From the NCBI GenBank assembly GCA_951406725.2, contig OX597818.1, positions 82,646,001 through 82,710,000 on the forward strand: DNA of 64,000 bases. The letters are read 5' to 3'. Positions 29,840-41,515 of this stretch are shown piece by piece; the stretch's first letter is position 1; each line of letters starts with the position of its first letter. The position numbers and the translations under genes were made by a program. The notes beneath the pieces are model-generated. The model worked only from the letters and a program-made list of their open reading frames with translations, ran no database searches and was not told the origin of the DNA. The DNA is from Octopus vulgaris (lineage: Eukaryota).

Positions 29840-30023
29840 CTGCACGCATTTTTTTCTCTCCTTCTTTCTGTGTTTTTTTCTCTGTGTATCTTTCTGTTGA
29901 AGAGCGTAGGCTCGAAACGTTAAAGACTTGTTTTATTTATATTTCCTGAGCGCCATACTAATACAATTGTTTGTTTGTTTTCCACCTGCCTTCGTCTTTT
30001 GTCTATTTTCATAAAGCTTCCCG

Positions 30024-30024
<1 letters not shown>
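29840..30024 (+). repeat. 3' pseudo-LTR-like terminus of the Neptune PLE
   Basis: Homologous in inverted orientation to 26390-26577 and, partially, to 38205-38316. Ends at (TA)n. Confidence 0.75.
29889..29926 (+). ncRNA. Minimal type-I hammerhead-like motif, variant core CUGUUGA
   Basis: TCTTT-CTGTTGA-A-GAGC-GTAG-GCTC-GAAA-C-GT-T-AAAGA. Stem I TCTTT/AAAGA, stem II GAGC/GCTC, loopless palindromic stem III. Confidence 0.65.
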
Positions 30025-30059
<35 letters not shown>

Positions 30060-30067
30060 GTGTGTGT

Positions 30068-30105
<38 letters not shown>

Positions 30106-30121
30106 GTGTGTATATATATAT

Positions 30122-30180
<59 letters not shown>

Positions 30181-30831
30181 GCACATATGTGTGTGTTTGT
30201 GTGTCATCATCACTTGACAACCGGTACTGGTTTGTTCATGTCCCTGTAGCGTTGCGGCCCGGCAAAAGAGATCGATAAGACAAGCACCACGCTTTGAAAA
30301 AGTAAGTACTGGGGTCGAATCTTTCGACAAAAATTTCTTCAGGGTCGTGATCCAGCAATATGGCAGCCAAATGAATCAATGTTGATTGACATCGATAAAA
30401 CAATGCCACCTGGTGAATTGTAAATTAGTAACCATTGCAATCTCTGTCCAAATTCCTTCAGTATCGATTATCTCATTCATCCTTCGGGAGTCGATAACGT
30501 AATGGCGTTTTGTTTTACAACTTTATGGACTATAGTATAGTCACTATACGATCTGATTTTATACCCAATCAAGGTCGGAATCGCTTTTCAACTTCAGCAG
30601 CCGATGAAATAATTTGCTGGACATATACTGATCTACACAATATTGTTTCAGTTTCCTTCAGTATCTATCGAATTTATCATTCACAAGGGTTTTATCGGAC
30701 CTGAGACATAGTGGAAAACACTTGCCCTAGGTTGATAAAATAAAGCCGCATTGAACACTAGGTTAACTTATTTGAGTATAACCGGTTCCTTAATTCGATA
30801 TCATGTGCCTATGCGAAAAGCTCTTATTATT

Positions 30832-31015
30832 ATAGGCGCAGGAGTGGCTGCGTAGTAAGTAGCTTGCTTACCAATCACATGGTTCTGGGTTCAGTCCCAG
30901 TGCGTGGCACTTTGGGCAAGTGTCATCTACTATAGACTCTGGCCGACCAAAGCCTTGTGAGTGGATTTAATAGACGGAAACTGAAAGAAGCCCGTCGTAT
31001 GTATGTATACATATG

Positions 31016-31056
<41 letters not shown>

Positions 31057-31262
31057 TTGTGTGTCTGCGTTTGTACCCCTAACATCACTTGACAACCGAT
31101 GCTGGTGTATTTACGTCCCCGTAACTTAGCGGTTCAGCAAAAGAGACAGATATAATAAGTACTAGGCTTACAAAGAATAAGTCCTGGGATCGATTTGCTC
31201 GATTAAAGGCGGTACTCCAGTATGGCCACAGTCAAAATGACTGAAATAAATAAAAGAGTAAA
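30832..31262 (+). mobile_element. tRNA-derived SINE family A (full length, internal TA/TG microsatellite)
   Basis: A box GTGGCTGCGTAGTAAG, B box GGGTTCAGTCCC, CORE-like GGCACTTTGGGCAAGT, internal microsatellite, conserved 3' half. Partial copies at ~3570-3700(-), 10640-10822, 11409-11575, 15170-15385, 18481-18700, 22885-23085, 32765-33050(-), 39765-39900(-), 56220-56420(-). Confidence 0.85.
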
Positions 31263-31386
31263 ATAGTATATCGTGGGAATAGCTGCGATAAAGCGGTGAA
31301 TAGTCAGACCAAGTGCTTAATGGCATTTTGTTCGACTCGTGACGTTCATTTAAATCCCTTCGAAGCTGATAAGTTAAAGTGCATTT

Positions 31387-31811
31387 GGATTTTTCTGTTT
31401 GAACGGCAGTTTTTAACATAATTTCTAGGTAACTAAAAAAATTTTAACTTCGTGTACTGGTAGAATGTGTTTATAAAACATCTTTTTCTCTTGGCTTTAT
31501 TGAGAAAATTCTATAGTTTGTAAGATATTTGTTGTTTTTTTTCAATTTCTGCAATTTAAACCAATCAGTGAGGTCTATTGAGTTAAAAAGCATTATGTGC
31601 CGTATGAATATGTCCCTCGTTTAAGAAACAGATTGGGTTTATTTACATTTGTGAAGAAAAAAAAGATACCCTTCCCCCACACCTAACCCTAACCCTAACC
31701 CTAACCCTAAAAGAGATTGAAATGCAATAGATCGATTCTAGGATCATAATTATGTGTCACAATTTCATATGACACCGCTAGAAAAAACTGCCGTTCAAAC
31801 CGAAAAGATCT
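31387..31811. mobile_element. MITE with ~28-bp TIRs and 8-bp TSD (Merlin-like)
   Basis: GGATTTTTCTGTTTGAACGGCAGTTTTT / AAAAACTGCCGTTCAAACCGAAAAGATCT. TSD GTGCATTT at 31379-31386 and 31812-31819. Internal (CCCTAA)n. Confidence 0.8.
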
Positions 31812-33338
31812 GTGCATTTAGTTAATTACAAACGCATACATACAGATGCAGCTATACTGCGTTGAAAATCTAACTTTCTTGTTCGTAAAATACTAACACA
31901 CTCGGCGCTTCTAATGTCTAAGGGTCTATGTATGCAATGCATGCACTGCACCCTTACTATTTTTCCACGATAAATAATTTTTGTGTAATATATGATTGTT
32001 GAGAATTTTCACTATATTCATTGTAGTCCTCTTTACTTTTATTTCGCATTCCTTCCTTTCTTAGTATAAACTGTAAACAATCGATTGTATTTAACGAGTT
32101 TAAGCGGTGAAAGCTCCCGTTTGCTTAGCGAGAAAAGAAGGAAAAGCTGTGAATTAAATGCTTTCCTGTTTTTTTTTCTTTTTTTTTTTAGCAGTGAGCG
32201 TCAAGAGAGAAAGGCGAATTTTTCTGCTGACTTTCAGTCGTAAGTCTGTAAGAGCAATGATATTAGTCTCTTCGTATTCTATTATTCTCTTCGAGAATGG
32301 GGCGTCAAAATAAACGGTTGAGTAGTCAACAGAAAGAAAAGCAAAGGAAAGTAAATTTTTTACTGCTTGTTTTCAGTCATAGGAGTAAGAGCAGTTGTGT
32401 TATTTTCTTCGTATTCTCTTATCTTCAAGAACGGAGCATCAAAATCAGGGACAAAATAAAAAATGAGTGAATGATAAAAAAAAAAAGAAAAAGACAGAGA
32501 AAGCAGATATTTACTGCTTGCCTTCCAGCCATGTTGAGCCAGCAGACACGTCAACTACTTTTTTTTTCTCTTGAAGTGCTGATGTTTTTACTGTCTTGTG
32601 CCGCAGAGATCAAAAACTTGCCTATTCAGAGGACTTTCCTGAGGCTTTCTTCATAGTCGGAGAGATTTAGATGTGAAATGCATATTTAGTCAATTTACAA
32701 GTTTGTTTTATTGCTTTCTGATATATTTCGTTCGATTATTCGGTACCGAAGACTACACATTTTATCTATTATCTTCCACTTGTTACAATCACTAGATTGT
32801 AGCCATGCTGGGGCATCACCTTCAATAATTTTTATTCAAATGAATCTACCGCAGTAGTTCTTTTAACGCCTGGTGCTTATTATTTTGGTCTCGTGCCGAA
32901 CTTGTAAGTTACAGGAACATAAACACACCAACGCGGGTTTTCAAGCGTTGCTGAAGGACAAAAACAGACACAAATACACACACGCATACACACAAATATA
33001 TGCGACGGGATTTTTTCAGTTTCCCTTCTGTCAAGTCCACTGAATTCAGTCATGTGATCCCAGAGTTTTCTTGACTTTTTCACACAGAGCGAAAAGGAGA
33101 AACCGGAAATTTTATGTGTTTGTTTCTGTATGTGTTTTTCTGTGTGTGCGTGTGTATGTGCATGCGCGCGCGTATGTATAATTAAAAAGTAAAGGCTCCA
33201 TTCATTCGTTCATGCCAATGCTTTAAATATTAATTTTAAATATTTATAGTTATTTAAGAAAAGTTAGGTAAAACAAAGTACAGTAGCACCTAAAATATCT
33301 ATTAGCATAAAGCTTCGATTCATTTAAAAAGATTATAA

Positions 33339-33603
33339 AAAAATATAAACATAAATGCGCCCTTTTAAAGCCTAGCCAGGCTCATGGGCCCGGTTTCCCG
33401 GTTTCTATGGCATATATGTTCCCCAGCTGGACGGGACGCCAGTCCATCGCAGCGTTATTCATTTTTGCCAGCTGAGCAGACTGGAGCAACGTGAAATGAA
33501 GTGTTTTGCTCAAGAACACAACGCGTCACCCGGTTCAGGAAACGAAACCACATTCTTACGATCATGATGCTGACACCATTACCACTAAGCCACACGCCTC
33601 CAC
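33339..33603 (-). mobile_element. tRNA-derived SINE family C with 13-bp TSD
   Basis: Minus-strand head GAGGCGTGTGGCTTAGTGGTAA...TGTGTTCTTGAGCAAAACACTT. TSD AAAAAGATTATAA (33326-33338, 33604-33616). Decayed copies at ~17580-17760(+), 20020-20270(-), 46290-46390(+). Confidence 0.8.
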
Positions 33604-33699
33604 AAAAAGATTATAACCCAATAGAATTTCTCATGCTTTCAATCAGTCCCTGGATGACAAAAGGGTCAACTAGTTCAGTTTTCTCTGTACTTTCCCCAA

Positions 33700-34861
33700 C
33701 TTTGAAACATAAAAAAAATATTGTCATTCTCGGAAAAGAGAAACCAAAGCTTCACCTGAAAATCAAATACGTAGTGGGCAGTAAGGAGTGTCTTCGGCTG
33801 AGTGAATGACGAGATTACCCATTCTGAACGAATTTTCTTGTTACCCATATTTGTTAATTTGTCAGTATAAGAACATATTTTCTCGGCTTTGAAGTGATCA
33901 CTTTCAAGTGATATTCAAAATGAATTCTTTTTTAATTGTATAGCTGTTACAAATGAAAGTGTAATTAAGGCAATGATCGAAAAAGCAGTGTTTCGTGAGA
34001 CTACAGACCTAATGAAATCTTTACTATTACACGCTTTGCGATTTGTTGATGAGAAAGAAAAGCTTGAAGAAAGGTTTAGGGGATAACTCAATGTCAATAA
34101 AGACAAAAAAGCTACATCACTGACAGAAGTTGTACATTGTTATACTAATTCACTTAATTTGATTCTCTCTCAGTCAGCTTCATAGAGCTCACCGCAATAT
34201 TCAGAACAACAAGTATGAAGAATTTTACTTCTTGGGTCTGGTTGGTGTCGCTGAACCACCAGAGAAGCGTGATCGACATAAAGAACCAGAAGCTGCTTTA
34301 AGAACTTCGTTTAACATTTTGCGAATTCTTGGTGAGAAGAAAACGCCCCGGGAAAGGTTTTTTTGGGATGCGTCGATGTCAGTAAAGCGGGAAAAAAATA
34401 ATAAAAACATCTTTGTTGAAAATTTTCTTAGTATAGATTAGTTGGATTGTTGAATCCGAAGCTTTTCCAGATATTTAATGGAAGCATTTTCATTTTTGAA
34501 TGTCTGTAAAAATATTCAATTCAGATGGATTGAAATGTCAGCTCAAACCAAATTATGCTGCAGATTTTGCAAAGCAAATGTCAAACATTCAAGAAGTTGC
34601 AGACATAATACGGAGCTTGAACTAAATCAAGCTCTGGCCGGAGTAACAAAATTACGTCAGATTCTGACCACACCTACAAAATCTGCTTCCTGTAATATAT
34701 AGCTTTCTTTATTAAAGAGAGTAAATAGTTATGTTAGATGTTCCCAAATTAAAGAGAGATTCAATAAATTTGTCTTCATTTTCATGAATAAAGACCTTTT
34801 CAAGAAGATGAAGGTAGAGCATGGTGCTGATACATTTTATAGCAAAGTGATCGATGAATTT
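33700..34861 (+). mobile_element. Decayed, internally deleted hAT transposase
   Basis: SSDIQNEF; ETTDL...LRFVD..LEERFRG; VHCYTNSLNLILSQSAS; dimerisation-domain-like ILTTPTKSASCNI*LSLLKRVNSYVR; ends KVIDEF. Confidence 0.75.
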
Positions 34862-35440
34862 GCCGTCACCCCCCACCACCACTGTTCATCACAGGTCGGT
34901 GATCAGCACAACCCAGAACAATGGTCAACCACCGAACTTAAAGAAGGCAATTAATACCAAATTCTGCGAATTTGGCATTAAAGGGGATATTTGCCTCCTC
35001 TCTGTCCTCCCTCACCCAGTGTATCACAGATTCTCTCAATCAACTGAAAGAGAAACTTACAATGATCCGACCCACCAGAGTTTCTACAACCTGTTTTTAT
35101 CTCCGACAACGATAGGAAGGTGATTGCATCTTTTCCGGTGGGTTCTAGCACTGGGATCGATGATTGACGACCTCAGCATCTCAAAGATGTTATCTCCCTC
35201 TCAACCGGTGGTGCTGGTCTTGAGCTCTTGGAGAACCTAACGCAGTTCATAAACTTGTTCTTGTCTGAGTGACCTTTCCTACATTCGTTCCTTGTTCTTT
35301 GGGGTTAAACTATTTGGTCTCACCAATCCCAATGGTGACCTCCGCCCCATAGCCGTTGGTTGTAATCTGCAACGGTTCATAGCAAATGTGTGCCTGTCAT
35401 CAGTTTCTAATTGCCTGTCCGCTGATTTTCCCTCAGTTCA
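34862..35440 (+). mobile_element. CRE-like non-LTR RT fragment
   Basis: IASFPVGSSTGIDD*RPQHLKD...LTQFINL...FFGVKLFGLTNPNGDLRPIAVGCNLQRF (RT domains 0-2). Confidence 0.75.
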
Positions 35441-37314
35441 GCTATTTATATTGTTATTTAAATCATTAAGCGAGGTGTCATACCCAGGGTCATTATCTGA
35501 AATTAAAAGAACTTTAAAATCTAAATTATTATAGTCATTTTTTCTTTTTGCAATATTTTTCAAATGTGGAACAAAAATGCATATTGAACAACTGCTTTGT
35601 CCCCCAAGCCCTTTCATTCGGTTTCCAAATTACTGAAAGGGTTTGCTTGCTACTTTCTGTTAATGCCCTTGGGTTCATTGTACGATAAATTAGCCTCGGT
35701 TTTAATTCGCATTCAACTTTAGCATTACCTCTGAATAGAAGTGGTAATTTATGCTCCGGTGTTTTATAACCTGGTGTCGTCGCCTCTTTTCTTGCCAGAA
35801 AAAGTTGTTCACATTTTTTCCAGAATAGGCCAGTTTCGTCGACATTGAAGATTAGACGATAATCCTACCAATTTTCTTCAATTATACCTGTCTGCTGATA
35901 AATGTTGCTTTTCACTTATGGACAACCGTACTAAAAGAATAAATGACAGAAATAAATAAAATTATTTTAAAAACCACCTATTGTTTTTTTTTATTAAAAC
36001 AAACCATGAAAAATTTAATTTAGCCTGTATGTTTTATTCTTCTTACAGTGCGACATAAGTTACTATAAAAAATCAAGTAAAAAAAACCCCCAAAATTCGT
36101 GGACTGCTGCTTTATCTAAGAAAATAAGTTATAATTATAAAATGGAAAAAAAAAAAAAAAAGAAATTAAATTATCTAAGTGATGCTTTTTAAAAAAATCA
36201 GCTTTGCCGTATTAGAGACATCGTTTTAGAAAACTTCGATTTTCTTTCTATATAGAAAGTTATTTAAAAATAGGCATGGCTCAATATGGCTACAATATTC
36301 CTTTGTAATGCAGCCACAAGGGCTGAAATTCTTGGGGAATGGGTCTAGTCGATTACATCCACCCAGTCAAGCACTGGTACTTAATTTATCGACGCCGAAT
36401 GGATGAAAGGTAAAAATCGAAATGGCGGAATTTGAAAAAGAGTGGGCGAAATATTACAAATCGTCTCGACCGATTTGCTAACAACTCTGCCAGCTCGCCG
36501 CTTCTGTATGCGACATTACAGATATTAGAAGTGGAAATATTTCCGTTTCAAAGTTTTTGAGCGGTAAAAAGCATATTTTATTCGATAACAAATTTTAGGA
36601 AAAAAAGAGGTATCCAGATCTTATTATAGACTCATGAAAACAGAAAACAATCGGACAACTACACGAATTTTGGTAGAACTTCAAGGAGGTTTGTCAATTT
36701 ATTTTGAATAATATAGTTAAGCAGTAGAATGTGTGGCACATGACATCGTGCCTGAAGGATTGGTACGGAACTGAAGATGAGGTGCTGCCAGTGTTTCAGA
36801 GGGTTTGCGGCCCCCGAAAAAGACACTTATTGACATGCCCTAATCAAATTTGATACCACTTGTTAAGGGGCCATCCCAAAAAGTTTTTGGACAAGTATCA
36901 CGGGATTCCTGTATATATTTTGGATGTGTGTTTTTCGTGTCTTACTCACTACTTCAAAACGGTGCATCATAGGAGGGAAACTATTTTCGATTTCATACTT
37001 CCCGTATCTCAAAACATATACATATTTCACGGAAAATGGGGGAGGGTGGAACATTCAGAAATCCCCCCAATTCAGTGTATGTGTGGGGGTGGACCTAGTG
37101 ACTCTTCGCCACTGATCAATATACACACACACAATTATGGGGAGGTAATTGGTGATCGTTATCATTGCGGAGAGGGGAGGTAACTGCTCAACTTTCGGCA
37201 AGGGGTAAATGAATATACATGAACAAAAATTCAAAAGCTAAAATAATGAGATGAGATATGTACAGTGATGGGCATGTGATCATGAATTAAAATATATACG
37301 GAGATCAACGTTGG

Positions 37315-38085
37315 TTATGCGTTCATATTTAGACGTATTCTGTATTTTTCGATAATCAAATTTTCTTCATTTAAACCTTCTTGTGTTGAAATTGTTTCAT
37401 TGCACTGGTAAATGGGCAAAACTGAGAAGTTTGGTTGGATATTACCTGCACATCTCTCAATGTGTTCGCTCAAAGGAATCTGTCTGTATTGCGACAACCG
37501 GATATGTTCCTTATGTAGTGTGGTTCTCCGTCTCAGGATCATACTTGTCTCTCCTATATGGTTATGTCCACAACCTGAGCAAGTTATAACAAATTAGATT
37601 CTCGGAAGCACAAGTGAAGCTGGTAATAATTGTAAACCCCTCTACTTGTTTGAATAGGAATTCCGAGCCTTCCAGTAGGTTGGGGCATGTTCCAGAGTTC
37701 GGACGTCTATATTTTTTAACCGTTGGTTTTGTGGTTGTTGTGTAAATCTTTGCATTTGTTAGAAGTCTTTTCAGCAATTTGTGTTGCTTTTTTGCATTTA
37801 ATGAATCTATGTTTTCAGAATGTTGTTCGTTCTGGATATCTTTAGTGAGCAGAGGTAGGTTTAGTACGATAGTGTTGTATGCCTCATTGCTTCTAGAGTT
37901 GATATATACGATATTGTGTTGAGATGAGGCGTGGTGTTACGTGTTGTTGTCTATAGTGTTTTAATGTCTAATTTCTTAGTACGCTTAATTTCATCGTCTA
38001 TAAGTGGGGGTGGATATTGTCTTTTAGTTAATGTTGTTCCGACGTCTTGAAGACGAAGGTCCCGAGAATTTCTATCAGAATAACA
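37315..38085 (-). mobile_element. Decayed Neptune-type PLE 3' fragment (RT thumb, linker, GIY-YIG)
   Basis: Minus-strand translation LTKRQYPPPLID...LKRLLT...GTCPNL...FTCASENLI/VITCSGCGHNHIGETSMILRRRTTLHKEHIR...LSEHIERC with stops and frameshifts. 5'-truncated at (TA)n. Confidence 0.85.
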
Positions 38086-38086
38086 T

Positions 38087-38202
<116 letters not shown>

Positions 38203-38204
38203 TA

Positions 38205-38316
38205 TATAGTTGAAATTTACAGAAAGTAAAAGACGAAGACTGTTGGAGGAACATCAAGCAGGTATAATAATTTAACTCTCGGGAATGGAAGAAGTATTTT
38301 ACGTTTCGAACCTATG
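38205..38316 (-). repeat. Truncated third copy of the Neptune terminal repeat
   Basis: aaaagacgaagac...acgtttcgaacctatg is colinear with 26405-26497. Next to (TG)n/(TA)n. Confidence 0.6.
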
Positions 38317-38589
38317 TTTAAATATTTCTCTGAAGCTAAATATACACATGCTTCAGAACAAATCGTCAGTCGAGAAAAAGGTGGTAATAAGAAACTCGGG
38401 ATGAGAACGGAATAAACAATTATGTGATGAATTTCATAGTTTGCAGCTCTTTCTGCAACTATATATATATATATATTATTTTATTAACATATTATACGAC
38501 TAAACGCACGCACCCTATTAAGTAAGATTGTTCTGTTTATCAAGTTAGCCTTGATATTAACTCTCACGCGACTCTGCATCTTTCTTTCT

Positions 38590-39325
38590 TTCTCTCCCAT
38601 TCCCTTTTTCGTCTTTTTTCCCTCACTTAACTTGTCTCTTCCTCTCTCTCTCCCCCTCACCGTTCTTCATGGTCTCCTCGCACCATTCCCCTTCTTCTCT
38701 CTCTTCCTCTTGCTCCTCCTCCCCCATTCCCGTCGTCCATCTGCGACGATACTTCCGTCGTAACTGCTATCCTGTCTTTTCTCGCCCGCCTTCTAAGGCT
38801 ACTGGTCGACATCTTTCTCTCTCGTCGTCCACTATAATCCAGCGTTTGCAATACTTTTTTCGTCTGGCGTTAACAGCCCTTCTTATCTTGTTCTCCTTGT
38901 CCTGTCTCTCACTGTTATATATTTATTTTTCCACTGTTTATATATATATTTTTTACTGTTTATATGTTTGTACTGTCGTTACCGTCTTGCTTTTTTTACC
39001 CCTCTGCGAAAAGATCTCAGAATTTTAATTGATTTGCTTTTCGCAGGAAGGAAGTTTTCTTCGAAGTATACGTCTCGCTTTTATCCTTCGAAACGTTTAG
39101 TAGATGAAACCTTAGCGACTGAAGAAGGGGATTTTTCGTTGTGCTTATTGTCTTGTATCTCTCTTTTTTTTGCTTGTCTTGTTCCTTGGTTTGTGTCTAT
39201 GTTTTTCGTCTCTCTATGTGTTCAACGTCTTTTTGGTGTCCTGTACACATATATGTGTGTATATGTACATGTAGAGGTAGGTACGTACATATATGTTTAT
39301 ATATATGCATATGTTCTATTTTATT

Positions 39326-39330
<5 letters not shown>
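38590..39330 (+). mobile_element. Same family, copy 2
   Basis: Shares the blocks listed for 15709-16240. Ends in a (TA)-rich tract. The 5' boundary is uncertain. Confidence 0.7.
39070..39132 (+). ncRNA. Candidate non-circularly permuted hammerhead ribozyme
   Basis: ACGTC|TCGCT-TTTA-TCCTTC-GAAACGT-(17 nt)-AGCGA-CTGAAGA-AGGGGAT. Stem III ACGT/ACGT, stem I TCGCT/AGCGA, weak stem II CTTC/GGGG. Confidence 0.6.
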
Positions 39331-39367
<37 letters not shown>

Positions 39368-39496
39368 AACTAAATATGACGTGTAATTGACTACACGTAA
39401 CGCTGTATAGATGTATCATTCTCCTTATTCATTTGAATTAATACACACAAACACACACCACACACACACAAACATGTATGTATATATATATATGTA

Positions 39497-39564
<68 letters not shown>

Positions 39565-39914
39565 TAATATAGATAGCTGTGTGCATGTGTTATCAAAATG
39601 GAAAACTATAATTGTCACTTACATGACTAGGATATTAGAAATAAGAGCTAAAAATATTTTAGTTCTTTACTTGAAGCATATGATTTTATACATATATACT
39701 GACAGAAACTGTAATTGCTCGAAAACATTATTCGTATTTATATGTATTTGAATACGACGACCTTCTTTCATTTTCCGTCTCCTAAGTCCACTCACAAGCA
39801 TTTGATCGACCCAACGCTATAATGGAAGATACTTGCCCGAATTCCTACTCATTCCTATGGTTGTGAAGCAAGCTTCTTGCCACACAGCCACGCCTGTACC
39901 TGTACACACATGCA

Positions 39915-40480
39915 TGTCACAGTGAAAACCTCAAAAAACAAAAAAACAAAAAAATGTGAGCGCAGCAGACTTGATATAATGATCTGTGTTAGAGAAGAGC
40001 AACATTGCACAGTTGTGGAAATTAGCTGCCCAGCGTGTGTTAACATAAAGCTGAAAATCAGAGAAAAAGCTACAAAGAAATATGCAGTTTCTCTATCGCG
40101 ATTACAAGTTCAGATTTATATCTGTTATTATAGGGGCACTGGGATACCAAGCTGCCTAAATACCAATCTTGAGAAATAAGGCTTCTCAAAATCAGAAAGG
40201 AGAAAGCTAATTCGAAGACTACAGATCCAATCCATCACAGGAACTCGAAAAATCTGCAAAAATTTCCAGAAACTTATCATTTAAATATATATGAGCATAT
40301 CTAGATATGCAACTATATGAATGAGAATACATACATAGAGCAAAACATTCAAATCTGCACATATACATACATGCATGCATACAAAAATACCCTGTTGTTG
40401 ATGTTCAAATTCCAATGAAGGAGCCCTCAATCTAGGTTAGAGACCGGCTCTTTCTCTATTGGCAAGAAATTTTGAAATAT
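39915..40480 (+). mobile_element. Same REL LINE family, copy 2
   Basis: RLDIMIC...VVEISCPA.VNI (PD..E nuclease motif), VIIGALG, CLNTNLEK*GFSKSERRKLIRRLQIQSITGT. Nucleotide homology to 7316-7750. Confidence 0.8.
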
Positions 40481-40879
40481 ACATACATAATATATACATA
40501 CACACACACATACACACACACAGACACAGACACACACACACACATCTCTCTATTGAAGTAGAATGAAGCGAAAACGTAAAACCGAAACTATGTGGTCGTT
40601 TCTATATTCGGCTCAATATTGTTATTTCATATTTGTTTCTCTTCTGTTTGAGTTTTGAATTCTATGTATCACAATGTCATACACCACTTGTTGGCTATTT
40701 TTGACTTTGGTTGGAATTTTTCCCCACCCCCGACTCGCTTCCACCACCACCACAACCAACACCACCACAACCACCACCACCACTATAATATTCATGTAGT
40801 CTGTATTTCTCAATATAATCCTTCTGTATTACTCCCTTTACTTTTATTAATTCATATCCCCCATCATCTAACCTCCTGC

Positions 40880-41444
40880 TCCCTTCCTATCCCTCCTTGC
40901 TCTCTCCACCTCACTCTTTCTCCCTCTCTCGCTCTCTCTCCCTCCCTCTCTTCATTTGTCTTTCTCACACTCTCTCTCTTGTTCCCTTTATCTCTGCCTT
41001 TGCTCACACTTTCCTCCTCTCTGTCTCTCTCTATCTTTCTCTCTCATTTTCTCCCCCTCTCTCTCTTCTTCTCTATCCCTCGCTCTCCCTCCTTGCTCTA
41101 TCTAACTCACTCTCTATCCCTTTCTAGCTCTCTCTCCCACTCTCGCTCTCTCTCTCTCTCTCCCTTTCTTCCTCTGTCTTTCTCTCACTCTCTCTCTTGT
41201 TCCCTTTATCTCTGCCTATGCTCTCACTTTCCCCTCTCAGTCTCTCTCTATCTTTCTCTCTCCTCTTCTCTCTCCTCTTCTCTCTCTCTCTCTCTTACTC
41301 TCTCACTCTCTCCTAATCTCATCCCTCCCACGTTTTGGCTTTGCATCAGTTTCCCTAATAGACATTTCATAAACTTCCTCTTTCTGTCATTTCCTTTACC
41401 AACTTTCTTTCGTTTTACACCTACCCTTCCCCTCAATTTTCCTT

Positions 41445-41515
<71 letters not shown>
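40880..41515. repeat. (CT)-rich polypyrimidine tract followed by (CTA)n
   Basis: Direct inspection. Explains the 305-aa Leu/Ser ORF. Confidence 0.9.

Larger units (their letters stand above)
26628..30024 (+). mobile_element. Penelope-like retroelement, Neptune-type, 5'-truncated, near-intact
   Basis: PLE RT, Cys-rich linker and C-terminal GIY-YIG, then a C-rich 3' UTR with tandem repeats and a terminal repeat carrying a hammerhead-like motif. Flanked by (TA)n/(TG)n. Confidence 0.93.

Noticed and set aside
31682-31708. Telomere or chromosome-fusion scar
   Set aside because: Only ~4.5 units, located inside a TIR/TSD-bounded MITE.
36783-36827. Hammerhead at the 3' end of the minus-strand Neptune fragment (AGTGTC...GAAACACT)
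   Set aside because: Stem III-like pairing and GAAA are present, but there is no CUGANGA in any usable position.
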